A stretch of 64,000 bases of DNA from Ramlibacter sp. (GCF_050250995.1 NZ_JBFWNP010000030.1:367-64366); one strand, 5' to 3'. Numbered from the stretch's first letter, positions 1 through 9,597 are shown. Numbers and translations are program-made. Notes: generated from the letters alone by a model not told the origin.

Positions 1-1300
1 GGCGGTCTTTCCGACGAGTTGAAGAACCTGGAGAGCCACGCTGAATTCTTGCGCGGCTACGACTCTGCGACCGTTCGAGTGGAAGATGAGCCCCGTGCTC
101 ACATCGAAACGGTTCTGACCCTACGCCTGAAGGTCACGAGCGACCTCGAGCCCTCGTGGACGCCGTTCTCCGAACGCGCTGAGCAACAGGCCCTAGAGCG
201 GATTCTTGCCTGGAAGTCCGAACCGCGCTCGCGCCGGCGCGCATCGGGAGCTACGCAAACACAAACCTGTCCTGGACCCGGGGCTAGGTCCTGATCGCCT
301 GACCGACGAGCAGCCCAACCTCGGGGCGGAGCTTGCGCGCGCAGCGCGTGAGGCGCGAGCGAACTTCGGGAACCAGGCAGGCGCCCAACTCGCGTCCACC
401 CTTCAGCGAGTTACCCAGACTGCAAACTTGCTTAGTGTCCCCGTCGGCCCGTCGGCCCAAGCCTTGCTGGACGCACATTCGGTCTCCATCGGGGATGGCG
501 CCATTGCCCTACACAACGCCGAAGGTGTTCCTCTGCGATCGCTGGAACCGGTTCATCACGCCTGCTCATCGCCGGCCTGCAACGGATGGCCGCTGGCACC
601 GCGACGATTGCGTTGGTCGACGAAGTCGAATACGGTCTTGAGCCTCACCGCTTGACCCGCCTTCTGGACTCGATGGGCGTCAAAGATCCAGCATGGCCGC
701 TACAGGTCTTCATGACAAGTCACTCGCCAGTGGCCGTCCGCGAACTCTCAGGAAACCAGGTCTGCGTCGTCCGTGCTCACGCGGGGCAGCACTACGTTCT
801 GGAGGTAGGCATCGCCGATGATGTCCAAAGCACTCTTCGCGCGGACCCGGAAGCGTTCCTGGCCAAGTCGGTCGTCGTCTGCGAGGGTGCCAGCGAGGTC
901 GGCCTGGCGCGTGGGTTGGACCAGTTCTGGGTCGGCAAGGGTAGGCCATCTTTCTTCGCTTTGGGCGGCGCCTACGTCGACGTTGGCGGAAGCAACCCGG
1001 ATTGGTGCTTCACCCGTGGCATGGCGCTCCTGCGGCTCGGCTACCGCGTACTCGTCTTCGTAGACGCAGACAACGCCCCGACCCCCGAGGTCGTTGCAGG
1101 CTACCAATCGCTGGGCGGCCAAACACTTACCTGGCGAGCCGGGCGCGCGCTCGAGGATGAATTGTTCCGCAGCCTCGGCGATGGCGCCATCGACGCCCTT
1201 CTCGAGAAGGCCATCGAAGTAGTCGGGCGGGATCTGGTGGAGGCGCACATCGCGTCCAAGTCGATCGGACAGCGAACCCTCGATGCCGTGGAACTAGACC
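1..1300 (+). pseudogene. OLD-family ATP-dependent endonuclease (ABC ATPase + TOPRIM; GajA-like), 5' end outside window, frameshifted and 3'-truncated
   Basis: ORF 586-1422 has Walker B/D-loop LVDEVEYGLEPH, H-loop MTSHSP, TOPRIM VVVCEGASE and DAD. Upstream homologous-looking peptide pieces lie in three frames (19-294; RIGSYANTNLSWTRG then TAG at 285-287; 206-545), implying indels near 230, 295 and 545. Confidence 0.75.
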
Positions 1301-1302
1301 GC

Positions 1303-1422
1303 CGCCTGATGGTGTCGCGCGCCGGCCAGGTGTTCGATGCGTCGGGCGCCATGGTGGACGAGAAGATGAAGGAGCAGCTGAAGCAGTTCCTGCAAGGTTT
1401 CGTCGATTCGCTGGGCCGCTAG
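1303..1422 (+). pseudogene. 3' remnant of an NAD(P)H-dependent FMN reductase (ChrR/YieF-like) fused in frame to the OLD gene
   Basis: RLMVSRAGQVFDASGAMVDEKMKEQLKQFLQGFVDSL resembles the C-terminal helix region of flavodoxin-like FMN reductases; codon usage switches to host-like G/C-ending. Confidence 0.55.
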
Positions 1423-1455
1423 CGCGGCGGCCGCCGGAAGCGCTGAGCGCCTGCT

Positions 1456-1478
1456 TGCAGCGCATCTGCGATACACTG
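1456..1478 (+). promoter_or_regulatory. TA promoter/operator, copy 1
   Basis: TGCAGCGCATCTGCGATACACTG is identical at 10562-10584; contains palindrome CGCA-TC-TGCG and -10-like TACACT just upstream of the ATG. Confidence 0.55.
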
Positions 1479-1483
1479 GCCGC

Positions 1484-1765
1484 ATGAAGAACGCCACGAT
1501 CCCTTCCGTCCGCGTCGAGCCGGAATTTCGTGCCGAGGTCGAGGCTGTCCTTGGCGAAGGCGAAACCTTGTCGCAGTTCGTCGAATCTTCGATTCGGGCC
1601 GGCGTGGAGCGCAGGCGCATTCAGTCTGAATTCATCGCGCGTGGGCTTCGATCTCGCGATGCAGCTCGCCGAAGCGGAGACTACGTGGACGCGGAAGTCG
1701 TGCTTGCCGACTTGCAGCGCAAGCTGGTGGCGGCTCGCAAACGGCCTGCCAAGCATCGAAATTGA
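1484..1765 (+). CDS. YlcI/YnfO-family (RHH-like) antitoxin, copy 1
   Basis: MKNATIPSVRVEPEFRAEVEAVL...ETLSQFVE; stop overlaps the toxin start. Confidence 0.8.
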   Translation: MKNATIPSVRVEPEFRAEVEAVLGEGETLSQFVESSIRAGVERRRIQSEFIARGLRSRDAARRSGDYVDAEVVLADLQRKLVAARKRPAKHRN

Positions 1766-2082
1766 GCTTCCGGGTACGCCTCACTCGAGACGCCGCGCAG
1801 GACCTCGAGCGTTTGTTCGACTTCATCATCGAACGAGAGATTGCGCGCGACAGTGGCGGCGACCTGGATCTTGCCCAACGAGCTCTCGATGCAGTTCGAG
1901 CAGGTATCGCGACCTCGCAGACGTCGCCTTTCACCTGCCGGAAGGCAGGCGGCAACGCATTCCTGCGTGAACTGGTGATCTCGTTCGGCCGTTCAGGCTA
2001 CCTCGCCTTGTTCGAAATCGAGGATGCCGAAAACATCTCGGTTGTCGCTGTCCGGCATCAGCTCGAAGACGATTACCACTGA
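1762..2082 (+). CDS. RelE/ParE-family toxin, copy 1
   Basis: F-R-V-R-L-T..AAQDLERLFDF...RELVISFGRSGYLALFEI...VVAVRHQLEDDYH; TTG start overlapping the antitoxin stop. Confidence 0.85.
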   Translation: MSFRVRLTRDAAQDLERLFDFIIEREIARDSGGDLDLAQRALDAVRAGIATSQTSPFTCRKAGGNAFLRELVISFGRSGYLALFEIEDAENISVVAVRHQLEDDYH

Positions 2083-2137
2083 GCGCGCGGGATATCGTCG
2101 ATTGCGACAAGCCCCTGAAACGCGATAAGGTTGACCC

Positions 2138-2848
2138 ATGAAGTCGTCCGCCCGTTCCACCGGCGCCCCCGTGGCCGCGAACCCGCTGGCCGACCTTCTC
2201 ACCTCCGCCACCTACCCGCTGCACAGCCGCCTGCCGCCGGAGCGCGAACTCGCGGAAACGCTCAATCTTCCGCGCGGCAAAGTCCGCCAGGCCTTGAAGC
2301 AGCTGGAAGACGAGGGCCGCATCTGGCGCCGCGTCGGCATGGGCACCTTCGTCGGCGGCCGGCCGCGATCCATCCAATCTCGGCCCGAATCGCTCGGTGG
2401 CGCGACGACCCTCAATGAACTGTTCGAGATGCGCTCGCTGGTCGAGCCGATCGTGGCGGGTCTCGCGGCGCTGCGGGCCGAGGAGGCGGACATCGCCATG
2501 ATGCGGCAGTACTCGGCGCGCGCGGACACGTCGACCAACTGGGCCGATTGGGAGAGGTGGGACGAGCTGCTGCACCGGGCCATCGTCGAGGCGAGCGGCA
2601 ACGGCCTCTTGATCAACACCATCGACCAGCTCCTGCGCATCAAGGCGCACCCGCGCTGGACCATCAAGCGGGCCTCCGCATTCGACCCCGCCCTGACGGC
2701 GCGCTACGGACGCGAACACGCCGCCGTCATCCACTGCATCGCCGAGCGCGACAGCGAGGGCGCCAAGGCAGCCATGCACCAGCACATGCTGGGCGTGAGC
2801 ACGACCGTGGGTCCCGCCATCTCCAACCGGTCCCAGCGAAGCAGCTGA
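2138..2848 (+). CDS. GntR/FadR-family transcriptional regulator
   Basis: wHTH RLPPERELAETLNLPRGKVRQALKQLE; FCD domain with DELLHRAIVEASGN. Confidence 0.9.
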   Translation: MKSSARSTGAPVAANPLADLLTSATYPLHSRLPPERELAETLNLPRGKVRQALKQLEDEGRIWRRVGMGTFVGGRPRSIQSRPESLGGATTLNELFEMRSLVEPIVAGLAALRAEEADIAMMRQYSARADTSTNWADWERWDELLHRAIVEASGNGLLINTIDQLLRIKAHPRWTIKRASAFDPALTARYGREHAAVIHCIAERDSEGAKAAMHQHMLGVSTTVGPAISNRSQRSS

Positions 2849-2878
2849 CCGGCGTCGCCGTCAATCTTCCGCAACGCT

Positions 2879-2900
2879 GAACCAATCCCGCGATTGGTTC
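2879..2900. promoter_or_regulatory. Perfect 9-bp inverted repeat (candidate GntR operator or hairpin)
   Basis: GAACCAATC-ccgc-GATTGGTTC between the regulator and the SDR gene. Confidence 0.45.
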
Positions 2901-2981
2901 GAATCGGGCGCGCCCACCGCGCCTTCCAAAGATATTCTTGCCTCAGCGTGCAAGACGACCCACACAAGGAAACACGTTCAA

Positions 2982-3728
2982 ATGAATTTCGGCCTGAATG
3001 ATCGTCACGTCGTGATCGTCGGTGGCAACAGGGGTATCGGCCTGGAGATCGCCAAGGGGTTTCAGGAACAGGGCGCCCGGGTCACGATCACCTCCGAACA
3101 TGAGAGCGTGTTCGAAGCGCAGGCGGGTTTGAACCAGGGCACCGCGAAAAAGGTGGAGGCGATCCAGTTCGACATCACCGACCGCGACGCCGTCGATGCG
3201 GCGTTCGCCAGGCTCGGTTCCATCGACGTTCTCGTCAACAACTCGGGTGTGTTCTGGGACACGCCCTCCGACGACCGGTCGGCGAAGAACTACGACACCT
3301 TCGTCAAGCAACTGATGATCAACGTCGTCGGCACCTGGTGGTGCGCGATGGCGGCGGTGCCGCACATGAAGGACGGCGGGCGGATCATCTTCACGTCGTC
3401 GATCTCCGGCCGGCTCGGGTCGCCGAAGCACTCCGGCTACGCCGCGTCCAAGCACGCGATCCTGGGCATGGTGAAAAGCCTCGCCAAGGACCTCGGCCCG
3501 CTGGGGATTTCCGTCAATGCGGTGTGCCCCGGCAGTTCGGCGACCGACACCAACCTCCGGTCCCTGCCGCTCGAGCGTCAGCAGCTCGCGGCGCGGAACA
3601 TGGCGTTGCATCCCGGCCTGCTCGATCCGGCCGATCACGTCGGCTCCTATCTGTTCCTCGCTTCCGCGGCGGCTGCGCACATCACCGGCCAGACGATCAC
3701 CGTCGACCGTGGACAGACCTGCATCTGA
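2982..3728 (+). CDS. Short-chain dehydrogenase/reductase
   Basis: GGNRGIG, NNSG, catalytic YAASK. Confidence 0.92.
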   Translation: MNFGLNDRHVVIVGGNRGIGLEIAKGFQEQGARVTITSEHESVFEAQAGLNQGTAKKVEAIQFDITDRDAVDAAFARLGSIDVLVNNSGVFWDTPSDDRSAKNYDTFVKQLMINVVGTWWCAMAAVPHMKDGGRIIFTSSISGRLGSPKHSGYAASKHAILGMVKSLAKDLGPLGISVNAVCPGSSATDTNLRSLPLERQQLAARNMALHPGLLDPADHVGSYLFLASAAAAHITGQTITVDRGQTCI

Positions 3729-3732
3729 GCGG

Positions 3733-4839
3733 ATGCGAATGCGGATGCGCGAGATGAAGCCCAGCACGTCCACCGGCGCCGCGATCCGCATTCGCAATCT
3801 GCGAAAGGCATTCGGGTCGGCGGTCGCGGTCGACGATGTGTCGCTCGACGTCGAGCCCGGTGAATTCCTCGCGCTGCTCGGACCGTCGGGTTCGGGCAAG
3901 TCGACGATCCTCATGAGCATCGCGGGCTTCGAGAGCCCCACCAGCGGACAGATCCTGATGGACGGCGTGGACTGCACCCACATCGCGCCCCACCGCAGGA
4001 ACGTGGGCATGGTCTTCCAGAACTACACGCTGTTCCCGCATCTGAGCGTGCTGGACAACGTGGCGTTCCCGCTGAAGATGCGCGGCCTCGCGAAAGCCGA
4101 GCGGCATGCGCAGGCGGAGCAGGCGCTCAAGAGCGTTCACCTCGGGGGCTACGGCGCGCGCATGCCGCACCAGCTGTCCGGGGGCCAGCAGCAGCGCGTC
4201 GCGCTGGCGCGGGCCATCGTCTACAAGCCGCGGCTGCTCCTGATGGACGAGCCGTTCTCCGCGCTCGACAAGAAGCTGCGCCAGGAGATGCGCCTGGAGA
4301 CCAAGCGGCTGCACGCGGAACTCGGCCTGAGCGTCGTCTTCGTCACGCACGACCAGGAGGAAGCGCTGACGATGTCCGACCGCGTGGCGGTGCTGAAGGA
4401 CGGACGCCTGCAGCAGATCGGCTCCGCGCACGACCTGTACGAGCGCCCCGTGAACCTGTTCGTCGCCGGCTTCATCGGCGACATGAATTTCATCCCCGCG
4501 ACGTTCACCGGCGAGTGCGTGCGGCTTCCCGGCGGCGAAGCGTGGAGCGTGCCGCCGGCAGCGGTCGTCGGCGAACTCTCCCCCGGCTCCGCCACCGTGG
4601 CGATCCGGCCGGAGCGGCTGTCGCTCGCGGCGAACCCCGGCGACCTCCGCCTGGCGGGCCGGGTGACGGACGTCATCTACTCCGGCGCGGACACCCTCGT
4701 CCTGGCGACGCTCGAGGACGGCACGCCCATCCAGGCGCGCACGAGCAGCCTCGACCGGCACCGGCATCGCGTCGGGGACGCCATCGCGCTGCATTGCCCG
4801 ACCGATGCGCCCCTCGTCTACGGGGCGGCCAGCGCATGA
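3733..4839 (+). CDS. ABC transporter ATP-binding protein (PotA/polyamine-opine type, TOBE domain)
   Basis: GPSGSGKS, LSGGQQQRV, LLLMDEP, VTHDQEEA; start ambiguous among ATGs at 3733/3739/3745/3754. Confidence 0.92.
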   Translation: MRMRMREMKPSTSTGAAIRIRNLRKAFGSAVAVDDVSLDVEPGEFLALLGPSGSGKSTILMSIAGFESPTSGQILMDGVDCTHIAPHRRNVGMVFQNYTLFPHLSVLDNVAFPLKMRGLAKAERHAQAEQALKSVHLGGYGARMPHQLSGGQQQRVALARAIVYKPRLLLMDEPFSALDKKLRQEMRLETKRLHAELGLSVVFVTHDQEEALTMSDRVAVLKDGRLQQIGSAHDLYERPVNLFVAGFIGDMNFIPATFTGECVRLPGGEAWSVPPAAVVGELSPGSATVAIRPERLSLAANPGDLRLAGRVTDVIYSGADTLVLATLEDGTPIQARTSSLDRHRHRVGDAIALHCPTDAPLVYGAASA

Positions 4840-5708
4840 ACGCCGTGTCGCGCATCTTCCAGCCCGATGGCCGCAACCTGTCGAGCGGCGGGTTCGCGCT
4901 GCTCGTCGCGCCCTTCTTCACGCTGATGCTGCTGGTCTTCCTGTATCCGATGCTGTCCCTGCTGTCCGCATCGGTCCTGGAGCCCGAGCCCACCGTGGCG
5001 CACTACGAGCGCGCGCTCACGGACCCCGTCTTCGTCGGCATCCTGCTGCGCACGCTGCAGATCGGCTTCACGGTGGCGGTCGCATCGCTCCTCATGGCCT
5101 ACCCCGTCGCGCTCCTCATGGCGCGTTCGAGCGGCCCGAAGTCGATCCTGATCACCGCGTGCATCGTGCTGCCGATGTGGTCCTCGGTCCTGGTGCGGAC
5201 CACGGCCTGGGCGGTGCTGCTGCAGCGCAACGGGCTGGTCAACGAAGCCCTGCAGTTCCTCCACCTCACCGACGGGCCGCTGAAGCTGCTCTACACGCGC
5301 ACGGCCGTCGTGCTGGCCATGACGCACGTGCTGCTTCCGCTCATGGTGCTGCCGATCTACGGGTCGCTCCGGTCCATTCCGGTCAACTACGACCGCGCCG
5401 CCGAGATCATGGGCGCGAGCCCCTTGCGACGCTTCCTCGAGGTCACCCTGCCGCTGTCGATGCCGGGCGTGCTGACCGGCTTCCTCATGGTCTTCCTGAT
5501 CTCGCTGGGCTACTTCATCACGCCCGCGCTGCTCGGCTCGCCGCAGGAAATGATGGTGTCCACCCTCATCTCGCAGCAGATCACCATGCTGCTCGACTGG
5601 CCCTTCGGCGCCGCGCTCGTGGGCGTCCTGACGCTCTTCGTCCTGTTCGTGGTCCTCGCGTTCGGAAAGTTCGCGCGATTCGACAAGCTGATGGGAGGCG
5701 CGGTGTGA
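4836..5708 (+). CDS. ABC permease (PotB-like)
   Basis: Hydrophobic helices, EAA-like loop NYDRAAEIMGASPLRRF; ATG overlaps the upstream stop. Confidence 0.9.
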   Translation: MNAVSRIFQPDGRNLSSGGFALLVAPFFTLMLLVFLYPMLSLLSASVLEPEPTVAHYERALTDPVFVGILLRTLQIGFTVAVASLLMAYPVALLMARSSGPKSILITACIVLPMWSSVLVRTTAWAVLLQRNGLVNEALQFLHLTDGPLKLLYTRTAVVLAMTHVLLPLMVLPIYGSLRSIPVNYDRAAEIMGASPLRRFLEVTLPLSMPGVLTGFLMVFLISLGYFITPALLGSPQEMMVSTLISQQITMLLDWPFGAALVGVLTLFVLFVVLAFGKFARFDKLMGGAV

Positions 5709-6508
5709 ACGTCCGATTGCTCGCGCTGAACATCTACGTCTGCGCCGTGCTCGCGTTCGTCCTCGTGCCGATCCTCGTGATCTTGCCGATGGCGTTCAGC
5801 AACACCTCCTACCTGACGTTTCCGCCGAAGGGCTTTTCTTTCCGCTGGTTCATCGAGTTCTTCAGCAACTCGCGCTGGATGGGCGCGGCCGCCTTCAGCC
5901 TCACCATCGCGTTCTGCGTCGCCCTCGTGACCTCGGTGGTCGGCACGATGACCAGCTATGCGATGGTCCGCGGCGGCGGCCGCCTCGCCACGGTCTTCCG
6001 CATCACCCTCATGCTGCCGGTGATCGTGCCGCACGTCGCGCTGGCGGTGGCGCTCTACCTCGTCTTCCAGAAGGTGGGGCTGATGGGCACGACGGCGGGC
6101 TACGTCCTGGCGCATTCGGTCATCGCCATGCCCTTCACCGTCTTCACGGTGAGCGCGGCGCTGTCGCGCATCGATCCCGCGCTCGAGTCCGCGGCCATGA
6201 GTTGCGGCGCAACCCGGTTCGACGCGTTTCGCCTGGTCACCCTGCCGAACATCCTTCCGAACGTGTTCTCGGGCGCGCTCTTCGCTTTCATCATCTCCTT
6301 CGACGAACCCGTCATCACCTACTTCCTGGCGGGCGCCCGCGACAAGACGCTGCCCCGGATGATGTTCGACGACATCCAGATGAACATCACGCCGATGCTC
6401 GCCGCCATCGCCGTGCTCCTGACCGGCCTGTCCATCGCCGTCCTGCTGTCCGCGGCGCTTCTTCAACGTCGCTCGCGGACGGGAAGCCCGAGCGAACCAT
6501 CCACTTAG
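5705..6508 (+). CDS. ABC permease (PotC-like)
   Basis: LTFPPKGFSFRWF, ESAAMSCGATRFDAF, ISFDE; GTG start overlapping the stop. Confidence 0.9.
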   Translation: MNVRLLALNIYVCAVLAFVLVPILVILPMAFSNTSYLTFPPKGFSFRWFIEFFSNSRWMGAAAFSLTIAFCVALVTSVVGTMTSYAMVRGGGRLATVFRITLMLPVIVPHVALAVALYLVFQKVGLMGTTAGYVLAHSVIAMPFTVFTVSAALSRIDPALESAAMSCGATRFDAFRLVTLPNILPNVFSGALFAFIISFDEPVITYFLAGARDKTLPRMMFDDIQMNITPMLAAIAVLLTGLSIAVLLSAALLQRRSRTGSPSEPST

Positions 6509-6528
6509 CCTTAGCCCTAGCCCTAGCC
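6505..6528 (+). repeat. Hexamer microsatellite (TTAGCC)2(CTAGCC)2
   Basis: Read directly; gives four in-frame TAG codons immediately before the GAGGAG Shine-Dalgarno of the next gene. Confidence 0.85.
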
Positions 6529-6543
6529 CGAGGAGTCTCCGAC

Positions 6544-7590
6544 ATGCGTCTCTTGAACCGAATCCTGCAAGGCGCCGCCTTGCTCACGCTGATCGCCGCA
6601 GGCGCTGTCGCCTCGGCGGACGAAATCGTCGTCGCCGCCAATGGCGGGACGATGCGCGAAGCCCGCGACGATTTCTACTTCAAGCCCTTCACCAAGAAGA
6701 CGGGCACGAAGGTGATCCCGTTCGACATCGAGATCTACGACCAGTGGGCGCGCGTGAAGGCGATGCAGCGCACCGGCAAGTACGAGTTCGACATCGTCAA
6801 CGCCTCGGCCGCCGACCTGATCCTGCACCGCGACATCCTCGCGCCGATGAACTGCGCGTCGCTGCCCAACGTGAAGAAGGCGCTGCCGGGTGCGTGCGAT
6901 CCCTACGCCATGTCCAGCCATGCGGGCGCGCTCCTGCTGATGTACAACAAGGACGTCTTCAAGAGCAGGGCGCCGAGGACGTGGGCGGACTTCTGGGACG
7001 TCAAGGCCTTCCCCGGCCCGCGTGCCCTGCCGGACTCCGGCGACCGCGCGTGGTGGGTGCCCGCTGCCGCGCTGCTGGCCGACGGCGTGAAGAAGGAAAA
7101 CCTGTTTCCGCTGGATCTCGACCGCGCCTACCGGAAGATGGACCAGATCAAGCCGCACATCAACGTGTGGTGGAAGACGGCCGCGCAGATGATGCAGATC
7201 GTGCGGGACAAGGAGATCGTCATGACCATGGGCTTCTCCGGCCGTGCGTTCACCGCCATCCAGGACGGCGCGCCCTTCGACATCTCGTGGGAAGGCGCCC
7301 TGCACGACCAGGGCTATCTCGCGGTGCTCAAGGACGCGCCGAACCGCAGGAAGGCCATCGAGTTCCTCGACTTCATGATCGGCGAGGTCGACGGGCAGGT
7401 GAACTTCATGAACAAGATCAACTATTCCACGTTCACGCAGGCGGCCCTGGACAAGGTGCCGCCGGCGCGCCTGAAGTTCTACGCCACGGTCCCCGAGAAC
7501 GCGGCCAAGGTCGCGCGCCCGGACTGGGAATGGATCGCGAAGAACCAGGGGATGCTCAACGACCGTTTCAACAAGTGGATCACCCGCTAA
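6544..7590 (+). CDS. ABC substrate-binding protein (PotD/PotF-like, SBP_bac_8)
   Basis: Signal peptide, APRTWADFWDVKAFPGPRAL, DLDRAYRKMDQIKP. Confidence 0.9.
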   Translation: MRLLNRILQGAALLTLIAAGAVASADEIVVAANGGTMREARDDFYFKPFTKKTGTKVIPFDIEIYDQWARVKAMQRTGKYEFDIVNASAADLILHRDILAPMNCASLPNVKKALPGACDPYAMSSHAGALLLMYNKDVFKSRAPRTWADFWDVKAFPGPRALPDSGDRAWWVPAAALLADGVKKENLFPLDLDRAYRKMDQIKPHINVWWKTAAQMMQIVRDKEIVMTMGFSGRAFTAIQDGAPFDISWEGALHDQGYLAVLKDAPNRRKAIEFLDFMIGEVDGQVNFMNKINYSTFTQAALDKVPPARLKFYATVPENAAKVARPDWEWIAKNQGMLNDRFNKWITR

Positions 7591-7609
7591 GGACGGATTC
7601 CGCCGCTTC

Positions 7610-8083
7610 ATGAATGCCAACGAGATGAACGCACTTTCCCTCGACCACTACAACGTCTACTGCAAGGATCTCGCGGCGAGCGTGCATTTCTACGAGCGGT
7701 ACGTCGGACTCCGGATCGGCGACCGCCCGCCCCTGCCTTTCCCGGGCGCCTGGCTGTACGCGGACGACAAGGCCGTGCTGCATCTCATCGCGGAGTCGGG
7801 GCGGCAGGACGAGGGCAGCGGGGCCATCGATCATGTGTCCATCAACTGCTCGGGCATCCGGTCGGCCATCGACCGGATCAAGGCCGACAACCTGCCGGTG
7901 GACGTTCGGCTGGTGCCGGGCATGCAGCTGCAGCAGGTGTTCATCCGCGATCCGGACGGCGTGCTCATCGAGCTGAACTTCCGGGACGAACCGCAGGTGG
8001 AAGAGCTCGCGAATTTCGATGCGGCGACGGAAGACCCGCGCAAGCGCGAACGGCCGGGCTCGCGTTCGGCATCGCGGGGCTGA
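7610..8083 (+). CDS. VOC/glyoxalase-family protein
   Basis: LDHYNV...FYERYVGL...IDHVS...FIRDPDGVLIELN. Confidence 0.88.
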   Translation: MNANEMNALSLDHYNVYCKDLAASVHFYERYVGLRIGDRPPLPFPGAWLYADDKAVLHLIAESGRQDEGSGAIDHVSINCSGIRSAIDRIKADNLPVDVRLVPGMQLQQVFIRDPDGVLIELNFRDEPQVEELANFDAATEDPRKRERPGSRSASRG

Positions 8084-8105
8084 GGCGCATTCGGGGAGGA
8101 TTCGC

Positions 8106-9191
8106 ATGGAATATCGCAGACTCGGCGCTTCGGGATTGATGGTGCCGGCCCTCAGCTACGGCACGGGCACCTTCATTCCGCCCGGCACGCCGGGCCGCAC
8201 GGGGATCGAGCCCGATGCGGCCCGCCGGATCGTCGACGCGTGCATCGACACGGGCATCACCATGTTCGACACGGCGAGCACCTACGGAGGCGGCTATTCC
8301 GAGGAGGTGCTCGGCGCCGCGATCAAGGGTCGCCGGGACAAGGTGATCGTCTCGACCAAGGCGGGCCAGCCCGCGGGAGCCGGCCCGAACGAGCTGGGAC
8401 TGTCCCGCGCCAACCTCACCGCCGCTATCGAACGTTCGCTGCGCCGACTCGGCACCGACTACATCGACGTGTTCCAGTGCCATGTTCACGACCCGATGAC
8501 GCCCGTCGAGGAGACGCTCTCGACGCTCGACGGCTTCGTCCGCGCCGGCAAGATCCGCTACATCGGTGTGTCCAACTTCTCGGCCTGGTATCTGATGAAG
8601 GCGCTGGCGGCAGCCGAGAAGCACCACTTCACGCGCTACGTCGTCCAGCAGGTCTACTACTCGCTGATCGGCCGCGACTACGAACTCGAACTCATGCCGC
8701 TTGCCCGCGACCAGGGGCTGGGTGCCGCGGTATGGAGCCCGCTCGGCTGGGGCCGATTGACGGGCAAGGTCCGGCGCGGCGGCGTGATGCCTGAAGCGAC
8801 GAGCCGCCTGCACGCAACCTGGGATCTCGGCCCGCCCGTCGAGAACGAGGCCCTGTTCAGCGCGATCGACGTGCTGGAGCAGCTGGCGGAGGAGACGGGC
8901 AAGTCGATCTCGCAGATCGCCCTCAACTGGCTGCTGCAGCGACCCACCGTCTCCACCGTCATCGTCGGCGCGCGCAACGAAGCCCAGTTGCACGAGAACG
9001 CGGGCGCCGTCGGCTGGAACCTCACCGCGGAACAGGTGGCCCGGCTCGATGCCGCGAGCCCGGTGCGTCCGCTGTATCCGAACTGGTTCCACGAGGATTT
9101 CGAGTTCGACCGGGCGCGGGACCGATCGCAACCGGCGCCTCGCGACAGGCGACCGATTGCCGGAAGATCGCTTCCTGTAGAAAAGCCCTAG
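8106..9191 (+). CDS. Aldo/keto reductase
   Basis: MEYRRLGASGL, FDTASTY, VSTK, SLRRLGTDYID, GKIRYIGVSN. Confidence 0.92.
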   Translation: MEYRRLGASGLMVPALSYGTGTFIPPGTPGRTGIEPDAARRIVDACIDTGITMFDTASTYGGGYSEEVLGAAIKGRRDKVIVSTKAGQPAGAGPNELGLSRANLTAAIERSLRRLGTDYIDVFQCHVHDPMTPVEETLSTLDGFVRAGKIRYIGVSNFSAWYLMKALAAAEKHHFTRYVVQQVYYSLIGRDYELELMPLARDQGLGAAVWSPLGWGRLTGKVRRGGVMPEATSRLHATWDLGPPVENEALFSAIDVLEQLAEETGKSISQIALNWLLQRPTVSTVIVGARNEAQLHENAGAVGWNLTAEQVARLDAASPVRPLYPNWFHEDFEFDRARDRSQPAPRDRRPIAGRSLPVEKP

Positions 9192-9463
9192 TTCGCGGAG
9201 AGCCGTTCGGCGATCACCTGCTTCACGATCGTATCGATCAAGGTAGCAGCCATGCCCTCGTCGAGGCCGGCCCGAACGCATTGTTCGACGAAACTCTTTT
9301 TCTGATCCTGGACGCGGGTCGGGTCGTAAGGGGCCTGGCCATTTTTCTTCTTGATCGCGCCGATCTCGCGCGAGCGTTCGAAGCGCCGACTCAGCAGGGC
9401 GACCAGTTGCTCGTCGAGGCTGTCGATCTCGGCCATCAGGGACGGCATGTCTTGCGCGTGCAT
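9188..9463 (-). CDS. Stand-alone chorismate mutase type II (AroQ-like)
   Basis: EIDSLDEQLVALLSRRFERSREIGAIKK...YDPTR. Confidence 0.8.
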   Translation of the reverse strand: MHAQDMPSLMAEIDSLDEQLVALLSRRFERSREIGAIKKKNGQAPYDPTRVQDQKKSFVEQCVRAGLDEGMAATLIDTIVKQVIAERLSAN

Positions 9464-9597
9464 CGAATTCACTCCTGGCAAGCTTGCATGCTACATCTCG
9501 CAGTCAATTTGCTGGGACCCGATTCGTCGGAATCCTCGCTCATTACCGGTTCTTCTGCTTCGACGCAGTCGCACGAATCATCAGGCATGCTCCACGC

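Noticed and set aside
2845-2920. GGTTCGAATC...CCCACC resembling a tRNA T-loop and 3' end
   Set aside because: No T-stem pairing, acceptor stem or anticodon arm; the motif is part of the GAACCAATC inverted repeat.
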